Positions 42,840 through 54,626 of a DNA stretch of 64,000 bases are shown piece after piece; within the stretch, counting starts at the first letter, position 1; each line of letters begins with the position of its first letter. The stretch spans positions 62,001 to 126,000 of the forward strand of contig NMRA01000066.1 in assembly GCA_002633005.1 (NCBI GenBank), in the 5' to 3' direction. This stretch comes from Phoronis australis. Taxonomy: Eukaryota > Animalia > Phoronida. The notes under the pieces were generated by a model. The model saw only the letters and a list, made by a program, of their open reading frames with translations, made no database searches and was not told the origin of the DNA. The position numbers were made by a program, and so were the translations under genes.

Positions 42840-43164
42840 CAGTGGCGGATCTAGGATACCACAGGGGGCCAACATATGTTGCCTCTGGAATTGGGCAAAG
42901 TGCAATTGTATGTGCATAGGCGGCCCGAAAGTTGCAGGGGCCAGGGATGTAGACCTTTGGACCTTCTGTTCAGAAAATCTATCGGTGGACTAAAAAAAAC
43001 AGGAACACGATTCCGCCGCGATATGGGGTCTAAGCCCCCCCCCTCTTCCGCTACCGGTTCTAGTTACTGAACTCAATATTTCCTCACGCTCTTGATGTTT
43101 CATTTTGCTTGCGGCAGCCAAGGGTGGGGGGCTGGGGCCCCTGCCCCCCCTAAATCCGCCTATG
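42840..43164. mobile_element. Composite or fragmented hAT-type GC-rich MITE(s)
   Basis: hAT-like ends cagtggcggatctagg (42840), cataggcgg (42915) and cccctaaatccgcctatg (43164). No clean 8-bp target duplication found. Confidence 0.55.
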
Positions 43165-45063
43165 GAATTGTCCGTTTGCACCATTAAGACATTTAAATTA
43201 GGCCTACCTTTTTATGAACTTGGCATTTTTTGTAGTTTCATTCCTTAAAGGTAGCTTTCATTTAATTTTGAAGGTAGCATGATCACTAAGTCGTGGTATG
43301 GTTACAAAAGATTACAAGTCTGGTGTGGTAGTTGCAAAAATAGGGTATTTACAAAAATAATTCAAATTCTTTTTTAAACCTTCGATCTAAATATCATGTT
43401 TGAACAACTTCAAAATGAGCTCTCTCTAACTCCGAGTCTACAGACATAGTGTATACTAGAGGTACACGTCAAAAACAATTCACCAGTTTATTTTTAGTGA
43501 CAACAGCTCGACCAAGGCTTTGAATTCCGGCAGTAATCCAGTGCCCTTCCCTGTGCCGATCTAATCTCTGAATTTTGACCGGGAGAGGAGTTCAGTTGAA
43601 CGCCAGCCTACGGTTTATGAATAACAAAAATGTACCTCTGATACGAAACAAAATAATGTCCATTATGTTGAAATAAATAAAAAACATAAAATAAAAATGT
43701 CCTTGAAAACAACAAACTACCGCTAGAGTGCTGAGATCCAGCAAGTGCCGAGACAAAGGCGGCCAGACGCAGGAAACTCGGGAGTCAAAATCTGAGATAG
43801 CCCTGCACCACAGCCACCAAGCTGAAAAGTGCGTATCTTGGAACTAATATGTTTGTGTTTATTATAGCCTTTGAGTTATCAAGCAACATCGCTAAGTTCA
43901 GCTGCTCGTGTGGCCGTACAGTTTGATCCATAGTTTACACTTTTCAACATCATTTTTAGGCTTAGGACATGCCAAAAAATGACGGGATATTCTGGAGCAG
44001 CATAACGGCTGTCGGTACTACACACGCCATATCAAAACCGTTTCTCTATTCTTAGCGGACAATTTCTTGAGGTATAGACTAAAGTAAGTTTAACTCGACT
44101 ACGTGTGGTTTGTCGGGTAAAATGGCGGCTTGGAAACGCAGACGAAGGTGTGTCAAGAAGGCTGCGTTCTGATTGGTCAATTAAGCCGTCCATCATAATC
44201 CTGGCGATAGGTCAATTATTCATAAGACTGTATATGGAAGATATGGTTGTTTCTCTCTCGCTCAGATACTTACAGTTCAATATGTTCGATTCAAGAATTA
44301 CAGCCTAAGGTAGTTATTCTTTTAAACATCTGTTCTACTTTCCGTGTGTCTGATAAAAGTTCCACTTCTGAACACGACATTACGCAGTTGGGTTGCACAG
44401 AAAGGCTGGAGACGGACTAGTTCTGTGGTTGAATGATAGATGGTGTTCTTTTATTTCCCAGCAGACATTACGTTTTTGGTGCTGACAATTCATGTTGGAA
44501 ATTAACAGAGAGTGAGAGCATCTTCAGTACCGTTGAAAAATACTAAGTTTGACAGTGACTGAGGTTAAAGACATTGTACAAAATGAGTAAGCGGCCCTGC
44601 GTATTTGCTATTTGCCATAAATGTATAAAATGACATGTCCCAGAGTAAGCTTAGTGTATTGAACTCTGTCTTGAGTATTGGTTTAAACCGAATCGTTTTG
44701 GCAGGTGTGTGAAATTGTATTTTTACAAAAGATAAGTTATACCTGAGTGAATACTTAATCAATCAACTCTGTCATATGTGCCGTCCACACACACAGACTT
44801 GGCCTGAAACAAGTTACTCCTGAAACTAGTTGTCACTTGGTTTGAGTGCTGTGTAGACGTTATTTAAACTAGTGCAACTTAACCCACTTGTGACAACTTA
44901 CTCCACATTACTGAGGTAGAGTAACTTGTTCTAGGGTAACTCGCGCCACTTCTAATCGCTATGTGGTTTGCAAGCCTGAGCAAGGCGGAAGAAATTATCT
45001 ACTGCAGTTACATGCAGACGGGACTGTATTTGCACAGAGCGACAACTTATGCCTTAACCTAGT

Positions 45064-45107
45064 TGTGTGTGTGTGTGTTTGTGTTTGTGTTTGCGTTTGT
45101 GTTTGTG
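45064..45107. repeat. (TG)n/(TGTGTT)n microsatellite
   Basis: tgtgtgtgtgtgtgtttgtgtttgtgtttgcgtttgtgtttgtg. Confidence 0.9.
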
Positions 45108-45342
45108 GATGCTCTCACTTAAACCCTGTTTTGATGATTTCAACCAGTCCTCCTCTTCCTTCTTGTGCATCATTGGTGTCAACCTTCCACGTTCAAGGCA
45201 GGAATCAACTAGAAACTCGTACCCCCCTATATCAAGGATTGGACATTATGGTCCTTGGTGGGTGATATTTTCCCACAGTTGCGGTATAATTCTCTAAAAG
45301 CGCAGGTCACGCTTGCCTGTTTTCAAATTTTCCTCCTCTTTT

Positions 45343-45743
45343 GAGGGTTGTCAAGGGTTACAGAGCATTATTTTGTTTCACAGAACTGGATGGGAATGTC
45401 ATTTTTATTACCTGTTAATAAGCCAAAACCAGCTTTCATTGTTTTTTTTGAAAGTGAGGTAAGACGCACTAGTGCAATTAATTCTAGAGTAGGCTGCGTA
45501 TGGACGGGGCTATAGCAACCATCGCACATTGTATTGAGAAATTGAAGGTAATTTACAACAATGTTAAAATTCGTTGAAAAACGAAAAAAAGAAAATTTTG
45601 CGATTTTCTAATTGTCTGGTCAATTCAGTTTTGACCGTAGCAGCAATAGAAACAAAACTTAAGCTGAAGTTGCAGCACTGTCATGCTTTTATCAGTGGTT
45701 AGTTTGAGTGAAGTGAAATCTCGGAAGTAACGTGACAACCCTC
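45343..45743. mobile_element. Unclassified ~400-bp MITE
   Basis: Perfect inverted ends GAGGGTTGTCA ... TGACAACCCTC; target duplication unclear. Confidence 0.55.
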
Positions 45744-46338
45744 ATTGATTCGTACTGGGATTTCATGGGTGGAGTTTCGCAGATGCAAAAATCTCGCTAA
45801 ACAATTTAGTGTGATCACATCCTTTGCTTATACATGGCGATAACTCAGAAAGTCTTCTATGGTCTTGTATTTTCGCAAGTTTCTCTTCTCTGCTTAATGT
45901 ATGTTTAACGTCCACATTGAGATACCTACTTGTGAATTGTCCTTGGCAACTCGGCAAGGTTACTCAACAGGGGTCTCTTTGAGGTCTGCGAACTTTGTGT
46001 TGTCTTCATAGGTTTTCATGTTGGAACTTCTCAGGTTAAATTTCTCTAGAGTGGTCCACTTAAAGCTGCTAATTTGTTTATAATTACATTTCAAGAGCTT
46101 TGGTGTGCAAAAGTAATCCAAGAAGACTGGGTTGAGGTGTGTGGAGTTTCTTTTCAGGAAATGAATGAATGTATGAATGATTGAATGAATGATTGAATTG
46201 AAAATAGAAAAATGGCAATTTTAGAAATCATTTTTTTCAGTCAAGCACATTTATCATAAGTGATTATTCCTTATTGTTATGGTGATGGTAATACTTGCTC
46301 ATTCAAAGGTGGTCTCACAATCTTGATCATTTTTTTAG

Positions 46339-46504
46339 ACGGCGTATAAAAATTGGGTGTGCGCCATGACGATCAAGGTGCGCCGGAATGCAACCGTGCT
46401 TCATCCGTGTATGGAGTTTTGCAAACAGGTGGAGCAGCAGTGCCCGTACTTTCTGCCTGACAAAAACGTGCAGTACGGTGGTCATCCCAGCTTTATATGC
46501 GAAG
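46339..46504 (+). CDS. NALF1: FAM155/NALF (NLF-1/Mid1 family) NALCN auxiliary factor, penultimate coding exon (cysteine-rich domain)
   Basis: Acceptor ttttttag|ACG and donor GAAG|gtaagt, 166 nt, phase 0 in and phase 1 out. Translates TAYKNWVCAMTIKVRRNATVLHPCMEFCKQVEQQCPYFLPDKNVQYGGHPSFICE, matching the recalled FAM155 pattern YKxWxC...PCxxxCxxVxxxCPfxLPD...YGGxxSFIC. Likely co-ortholog of NALF1/NALF2. Confidence 0.92.
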
Positions 46505-46960
46505 GTAAGTGTTTGAAATTTTACCAGCTCAGGAATTTAATATGTGAAGGTAACCTTTTGAACGATCCCCAACACAGACACTGTGCAAAGGTTACTGTTT
46601 GAAGGATTTGAAAGGTTTACCAACTTACATTTGTATGCCAAGGTAACCCTTTGAAACATTACCAGAGTAGAATCTTTATATGAAGGTAATCGTTTGAAAG
46701 ATTAACACAGACACTTATACGAAGATAACAGTTAAAAATATTAGGCCTATCGACATAGTCATGTAAAGGTAACCGTTCGAAACATTTACTAGTCAGAGTA
46801 AAAACTTTATATGTGAAGGTATTCGTTTGGAAGATTACCAACACAGACACTTTATAACTGTTTAAAATAGTAGGCCTATCAACACACTCATGTAAAGGTA
46901 AGTGTTTGAAACATTACATCCCACACTCAGTAAGAGAAGGTAAGCTTTGAAAAATTAACA
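46491..46960 (+). repeat. Degenerate ~41-52-bp tandem array derived from the FAM155 exon/intron junction
   Basis: The motif tatg(t/c)gaaggtaa..(g/c)tttgaaa recurs with GT at 46505, 46550, 46591, 46643, 46686, 46769, 46819, 46898 and 46940. Confidence 0.85.
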
Positions 46961-47420
46961 ACTGAGATACTGTTTCATTGGAAACATCGACGCCTTTCTA
47001 CAGCACCTTGTAAATTGTCAAGAGATAGGTACAAGAAGTGCCAACACCAACCAGTGACATTATCATGAAGACTGATCCACATTCCTTTTGTGTGAAACAG
47101 AGCAATTATCACATCAGCTATGACTGCAATAGTAACTCTTTGAAGCATTGTAGACAATCAACCTCCATATCACAGTGTGTAATGCTTGACAAAGACTGCT
47201 CCAAAGGCTTAACAATAGACCATATGCAAACCCTCTCCCTCTGGAGTTGAAACTAAATGGAAGATGTTTGTTGTAGATGTGTTTGGATATTACGAAGCGA
47301 CACATAGTGGAAATGTGAATTTGCTCAGTGGTCTCTTCATGGAAAGCAACTTTAGACTCAAATTAGTCATTAACCCGTTACCTGTCGAAAAAACTAACCT
47401 TTTAGACCACTTTCCGCTTT

Positions 47421-47641
47421 AAAATTGGTCTCAAGTAACGTTCCTTGTTCAGATGAGAATGGATTTGAGATCTTGCAAATAACTGAACTTGTCGCATAAA
47501 ACCATGATCGGCAAATAAAATGACACGCCGTGACAATTCAACTTATAGATACAACTCTCGAGCAATCGCCAATTGTCAGTTCTCTCCTAACTCAGAAATT
47601 GTGCCTATTTTCACTAAAAACTGGACGAGACCAACTTCATA
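47421..47641. mobile_element. MITE family D copy
   Basis: aaaattggtctcaag ... cgagaccaacttcat. Confidence 0.55.
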
Positions 47642-48159
47642 ACAGTACATGTTTTTCATAAAGGATAATTGGCCCAAAGAACGAAAAACGGACAATTTTG
47701 CTAATTGGTTTTGTCCTGACATGTCATGTGTCATTTGAAATCGCAGATCACAATTTGTAGTCTGAATTTGCTGTTGAGTTAAACGTGTTGCTTTTTAACC
47801 GCAATGCTTCCTTCTCTGTTAATCTCGGGTTTGTGCTCTAATCATTTTCTTGTGACGTCCAGCATAAGTATTGGGATACACCTGTTCTGTGCTTTGTCAT
47901 AACTCATCACATATCTCATGTACATCACACACCTTTTCTGTCAGTTATAAATATGATGATTTTGGTGCTTTTTGGGCTTACATTATTAATTGTAAGCTAT
48001 CTTTTCTATAATATGAAATAAGTCCGTTGCCAACCATCAGGCTCATTTCTGTAGTGGTAGCTTGAGCGGATGGCAGTCTTTCAACTCACCCTGTTTAATT
48101 GCCAATGTTAAATTCTTAATCAGATCACTTTAGAGTTTAAAAACCAAGCTATTTTCCGC

Positions 48160-48808
48160 CTCTGTATCTTCGTAGTTCCTTGACGGATTTTCATGGCATT
48201 CAGCAATACGGTGAATTTCTAGGAACGAGAGAACAGAGATGACTTTCATCCAGATTCCATTGCCATTTTACCCCCTAGTGGCAATTATAGCCACATTTTC
48301 CTCCTTTTCTTCAGAGTTCCTTGACAGATGTTTGTGAAACATGGCAAAGAGGTTTCTATAAAAGAGACGTCTTGCCGTTTTCAGATGAAATGGAAGTATT
48401 ATGTTCTTTATAGTTATCATTATTTTTATTTTTGAATCTGGTTTTTGGCGTGTACCTCTCTGTTGGTCAAATCATTCTAAGGGCCACTGTGGCATACGTG
48501 TTCCTTATGGCAAGTGTATGGCTGACAATGGTTTTTGAATGGGTCTGACTACTGTGGCACCCTCTTGTGGCAACTCTATTTTTTACCTGTGGCTCAATAC
48601 TACTTCATGAAATTTGGCATGTGTTACTATGGAGGAGAGTACAACTGACATGGATTTGGAACAAATCTGGTTGCGTACTGCAGAGTCACCTTGTGGCAAT
48701 TTTGTTTTTCTTTGTACTTACCTTGCTATCTACGATGTTTCTTGACGTATCTGCCCTGTATATGATTCACCTGGTGGGCGCATATCAACACTCCGCATTG
48801 TTCTTGTT
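48160..48808 (+). mobile_element. HINE/DINE-1-like element, degenerate
   Basis: Internal cttcatgaaatttggcat motif; 3' end gtgggcgcatatcaacactccgcattgttcttgtt shared with the 10906 and 24052 copies. Confidence 0.5.
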
Positions 48809-49806
48809 GAGCTTGACTTTTTTCTCATAATTTTTCTGTATTAAGAGTTACAATTGAATTTGGTTGTTAATGGCTGTTTTAGCTCTGTCTTCAGATATAG
48901 GTATCATTACATTAGTCAAAACTACGCCCCCTTTTGGTAAACAGAATCCTTTATATGCATGAATTCACGTGTGCTTTCTGTATGGACATAAATGATTTGG
49001 GACTGAAGCATGAAATGCCCAGTACTGCCGCTGAACCACTTGTGATTCAATGCTCTTAAACCAAGTGTGGTTCACTTTAAAGGCTTTGTTGCTCATCCAA
49101 CTGGTTTACGTGTCACTCATGCCTTTTCAGTCCCTTCCAGGCTCCTCAAATGACTAGAATTCAACAATTTGACTTGCAGAATGTGACCTAGAGTGCTTCA
49201 TACATTATTTGCTGTATCTGTGCAAGCATAGACTGAGATAATGTCAGCAAGAATTTTGTTTTGATATTGGGAGTCTTCGATCAAGTCACGACGACCAGTC
49301 TTGTGGGACTGACTCCTGCTGCCATTGCAGGAAATACTACTTAGTCTTTAAAACAGAGAAACATGACAAGACCATTGCTGCCCCACATTAATGTAGTGTG
49401 CTGGGAACAGCCTTACAACAATAATTCTCTGTGCCACTCAGGGCCAGGCTTTTGCTTGAGCTGGCTTTGTCAACTGTTGACATTGTGTTCTGGTGGTTTT
49501 AAAGGATTAATTGATATCAACCTCTTGGGAGCCTTCTAATTCCAAACCAACAATCAGTCATGACTACTTGTAAGTAGGAGTATAGTTGTGGCACTCACAT
49601 TACGCTTTAGACAATTACAGACACGGTCTGTAGACGCTCTACACTGGACTAAAAAGTTGTTCTCTCCTCAGGTGGAATGTTCTAGTAATTTTTGCTCCCA
49701 TGCAGCATTACGTTGTCTTTGCACTGCAGGCCTCTAATCAAACATGCGTCCCGCGTTATTCGTTACTTTGATTTTGCTGATTCGTGTTGTGATATTTCAT
49801 TTCCAG

Positions 49807-49985
49807 ATTACAGTATATCTTCGCTGGAGCAGCCGGTGTTTAACTCGACTCCCATCTACGGGCTGAAGGGCGATTGTCACCGCATCGGCCTGACAACTAC
49901 CTCGTCGGCGTCGCCGCACTTCCCTAGTCTCTGGCTAGTCATGATTATTACGCTGGTACAGTGGTATTACTCATGTGCCACGTAA
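49807..49985 (+). CDS. NALF1: FAM155/NALF terminal coding exon with C-terminal hydrophobic tail
   Basis: Acceptor tttcatttccag|AT is phase-1 compatible with the previous exon (G|AT = Asp). Reads DYSISSLEQPVFNSTPIYGLKGDCHRIGLTTTSSASPHFPSLWLVMIITLVQWYYSCAT*, stop TAA at 49983-49985. GC and CpG content are higher than in the flanks. Confidence 0.85.
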
Positions 49986-52900
49986 CAATAGCATGTGCTA
50001 TTTAGACACGATTATGGCGAATGTAACCATACCTCTGCTGTGTGTCCCTCAACTGAGACTGCGGGTGCTTTTGGCGACCCCAAAAATTGAGTGAAAATAT
50101 AATGAGTATCAGTCAGTTTCAATTGCCAAACCTACAATCTTTGCACTCCATCGCAGACATGGTACAATTAGGGAAGCCTAGAAGTGTTAAGTTCATTCGT
50201 TGGCTTATTTGAGATGTTGAATTTGTTCTGACGAACGCAAAACCGAAATGAAATGAGGCTAGGCTTTGTTTCCCAACATAATACTGACACTAGTTAGGAG
50301 CATGGGATATGTACGGACATTCTCATTCTAAAATTGCGGAAGTGAGGTGATTGATAGCAGGTGTTTCCTAAGTTCTAGCTTTTTAATCAGCTTATTCAAC
50401 AGCCTTCCTTTACAAAAACTATTTTGATTTAAATAGCTTACAAAATATTACCTTTTTGAAGGTGTTTTAGGTAAATTTGGCATGTTTTGCTTGTTATGAC
50501 AGATATTTTGAACCTTCAAAGTAAATCACTATAAAATTTCGAAAATTAATAACATTAACTGTTCATCAAACTAAGTCTCGATGCTGTGAGTAGGCAGTAC
50601 AATGCAAAAACTTTCTGATCGCTAAATTGGGGTTGTATTATTTTTTACCCTTCTGTGACATCATTGCTCAAGTCAGTTAGGAAGTTATGTACCTGGGCAT
50701 GAGCTAGCTCTAAAACTCAGCAGTCATCTTGGCTGTGAAGCACAGTTATTCAAAATGGAAGTAGGGAGCACACAACCTAAGGATCTAAAATAAACACTTC
50801 CATCACAATTTGTTCTTTTTACCAATGTCATTTTCACAGAAATGGTTCAAGTGCTTTTTTATTGCAAGTAGAATATGTCAATTTGATTGAAAACGCATTG
50901 AAAAGTAAATTAAATTTGAGGTGATGTCTTGCTTTGGAATTAACTGACTGCTGGTCGTTGTTTGAAACAAGTTCGGCACTTTGGGTCGTTCTATGGGCCG
51001 AGCATAATCTCGAGCAGTGATAAACTGTCTGTCATTTTTTTTCAAACCCAGAAACCGTTTCTCATCCTAGTTAGGAACAAGTCGAGATCAGTGTTATGGT
51101 GGTAGGGGGTCTATATCGAACTTTAGTTTGTTTGACAGAACAGCTGTTTGTGGCCGCTTTAGAAAGTAATCCCGTTCTACTTCCATTGTGGGAAGGGACT
51201 CTTGCGGAATGGTGTGGGAATGGTGGAGGAAACATCACCCAGTTTCATTTTGCCGAGTTTAATCATGTGAATCTGTGTTTTCCATTTCACCGTGTAAATT
51301 GGTTGCTGAAGTTGCGTTTATATTCTTACTTTCTGACATAGCATCTTCCACCTTGGAGAGGGGTTGTGATAAATTTCTACTAGGAGCTTACTGATAAGAA
51401 TAGGATACGCTACGTACCATACTCAATTATTTTATGGCTCTTCTCTTTTTTGAACTAAAGCCGAGCAGTCTCACAACAAAGTTGTACGTTTTTGTTTCAA
51501 CTTTTACACGGCAAGGCCCGTTAAGTTGTAATGTCCCTCAGTGTGCGATTATTCGTGCTGGGTTTTCATCGACACACATTCGCCATGAATCACAAACTTT
51601 GTAGTTGGCAAGTTAGAAGCGCTAGTCTGTGGAATAGTTGAAATTCTGGCGAGTCGAATATGCTGCAAGTACTATTTCTTTAAAAGTGAAATTCTAAGAC
51701 TATTTGATTAATGATTGGCGTTTTTTTATTGGTAACAATGCATAGGTCATTGTGTCTAATAGTTGTAACGTACTTCTATCTTTTTTATATTTATTTATGT
51801 TAGGATGATCCTTTAGTGCAATATGTGTCCTGGAAATGTCGCAACTCGAGAAATATTTTGATTTCTCACGATCTTTATTGTTTTGTACCTGTATTAGTCA
51901 TAGGTTACCGCGGATTTCTTGTACAGGTGGTTTGGTAGCTTGCCACCTGTGCATGCTTCAGTGGATTACCAGAAATGTTAACCATTTAGTAACTTAACTT
52001 TGATCGATTGTCTTTGTAATATTATACTTTTGTAGATATGGTGCATTAGGACAGCAAGTTTTCAAGTTTTGAACCAATGGGCCGTGTTGATAGTGCAATT
52101 TTTAGTTATGAATAGTTTGGAATGCTTAGGGACTTTTGTCATCTTCAGATTTGCAAGCAAAGTGGAAACTAGAGTTGATATTGATTTTGATTTATTGTTG
52201 TTGTTAGTGTGTTTGGGTGATCTGAGAAGCCAAATAAATTGGTGGCCTTAATTTTTAGGTGCAAATACATACTGTAGGATAAATAATATATATACATCAC
52301 AGTGACACACTGTCATTCGAAATTGTACGTGAAATTGTTAAAATTGTAACATAATGACATAAGGATTGATCAACAATGATGATCTATTGACATCTCATTC
52401 TCTTTTGTAATGTTTGGTAAAGCATGCTGCATACAAAGACCTACCTGCTCAGCCTGCAGCCTTAAGTACCTGTAAGCTAAGCACATAGTTCGATGCCAGT
52501 TACCTGCAAAGGGCCAGTGAAATATGTCAGTTGGGGTTGTTTATTCAATTATCTTATTTTCATGCTTTGATGTGAGCTACATGGCTAGCTCACTGCTCCG
52601 TGAAGCAGCCGTCTCAGCACAACTCTTAGTATGGTCATGTCCAAGATTGGTGTTACATAGAGTTCGCAAATTTCTTTTCGCATCTTTTTCATGGGACATT
52701 AAGTTGCTCTATGCTAACTTTGTAACATCAGCCTAATGAAACTTGACTCAGGACTGACTAGTCGTTTTTGTTGTACTGAAAATTTTTTATAAACTTAGAT
52801 TTCAAAAAATGTGGATTTTTGTTTTGTTGTACCCCTTTAGAATCACTCATCTCAAAGTTGACAAGGCAGAAAACTTACAATGAAGGCAGTGTATTTTGTG

Positions 52901-53185
52901 AAAGATACTTGTCAATCCTTTTTTATTCATTGCCATGTACTAAGTATTGTTTCAGTTTGATCAAGATTGTTTGATGTATGAATATTATATACAACTGTAT
53001 TTATTCATTCATGGATTAAATATTACATATTACAGGCAATTGCTAGCTGTAAATATTATGTAAAATACAAGATTAGGTATGAATTGTGTTTGACTGCTAT
53101 TCAATTGTGATTTATGTAATATTCTGAAATAACACTGTGTTCAAAATCTTGCAACAATAAATCTGTAAAGACTGTGCGCGCGTGT
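49986..53185 (+). other. Putative ~3.2 kb 3' UTR of the FAM155/NALF gene
   Basis: T-rich and repeat-poor sequence between the stop codon and the AATAAA at 53156. The end point is inferred. Confidence 0.55.
53156..53161 (+). terminator. Polyadenylation signal AATAAA for FAM155/NALF
   Basis: AATAAA followed about 10-30 nt later by GT-rich tgtgcgcgcgtgtgtgtatg. Strand composition switches from T-rich to A-rich here. Confidence 0.6.
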
Positions 53186-53237
53186 GTGTATGCATAACTG
53201 ACAATACAACGCAACAGATTTCATAACACCTACTTCC

Positions 53238-53243
53238 TTTATT
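53238..53243 (-). terminator. Polyadenylation signal AATAAA for ENOX (TTTATT on +)
   Basis: Minus-strand AATAAA about 1.4 kb after the ENOX stop, followed on - by GT-rich tctgttgcgttgtattgt. Confidence 0.6.
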
Positions 53244-54067
53244 GACCTAAGACTTGTGAACTGTCGGATACCTTTCAACGTACATCGTTCTAATTACAAA
53301 ACAGAAAATGGCAGAAATGTCAACGTAAATGTCATGGGGTCGAGTTTGATCTCTGTTACAAAACATTTTAATTGATCCCAAGACATAGGTCAACGACTAG
53401 CTGAATGCCATAAAACTGTTTTAAGTGGATTTAACTCGGGAGTTGCTGTAATTCTCAAGTTGTTGCACAAACGCAGCAGTGTCTTCTCAGTGGAGGAACT
53501 AAACCATTTTCTGGCGTCAAAAACAACCTTTTCACCGATATATCGGGTCTTACAAAGCACCGTCATCGCATTCATAAATTCTGGCTGGAATTGGTTAAAA
53601 TATTCGGGAACTTGTGTGACAATTTATGTGTTGCCCCATAACTCTCCAGCCAGCGTATTACGCAACCTTTCCTTCAATCCCAATGACAAGACAATACTCG
53701 TGCACAAGACATCGCTCTGATAAGTTGTCGCTTTTATCACGGTCTCAAGACTACGAGTTACGCGAAGAATTCCGTACTTAGATCTTCCAAATTTAACCTA
53801 TTTACAAGCAATAACATATAACAGACTATATTAAGTTGTTTCAACCAATAAATTGTTTCATCTGAGATCCATACAAGAACAAACATATTTTACCAATGAA
53901 ACACCAACGAAGCAACAACAGATACCGTATTGCACTTAGCTATTTCAATCAATGGAGAAATCTCTTCCGAGAGAATACAGAAACACGTTTTCCCAAGGAA
54001 ACGTGCAGATAATGCTGTTCTTCTGCACTGACCAATGACATCATTTCCCTTGGATACATTCAAGGGG

Positions 54068-54160
54068 AACAGTCACAGGGGTGCTGCATTCTGAGAACCA
54101 CTTTTCTCCATTGAATAATGGGCATCAAACTGGTACCAAAATCCAAGACCACTGACTTTT
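54068..54160. mobile_element. Palindromic MITE family B copy 4, inside the putative ENOX 3' UTR
   Basis: tgagaaccacttttctccattgaataatgggcatcaaactgg matches the core of 19561-19664. Confidence 0.65.
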
Positions 54161-54626
54161 TCCCACGCATGTACGAATCAAAACGTTTTTCAACGAAACT
54201 TCTCTAAGAAAGTTTCCCTGTGTACTGTATCCACCAATAACGACACTGTATCGTCTGTGTGCACAAGTTCCCAGTGAAAGAAAGTGAGATACCTGTCAGC
54301 CAACTTGCCATAAGGCAGGTGTTTGGAGACTTGTTGGTCGTGCAAGATCTTCCTCCGATGATGTGACACCTCGCAAGCAATGGAGGACACTAGCTCAATA
54401 GGTGGCACTGACATTGCATATCTCTGTGGATGTGTAAGACGACCAAAGTAAATGAAACAAGAGTACACTAATGTTCACCAATTCCACTGTCTTGGCCCAG
54501 GATAATATCTTGACACATATCTCACCAGTGACCAGCATTACCTAGATTACTCCAAATTACTGTAGAATGCATCAAGATTGCCAAAGATATCACAACCATA
54601 ACGACCGTCATATTTCACCCCTCCTC

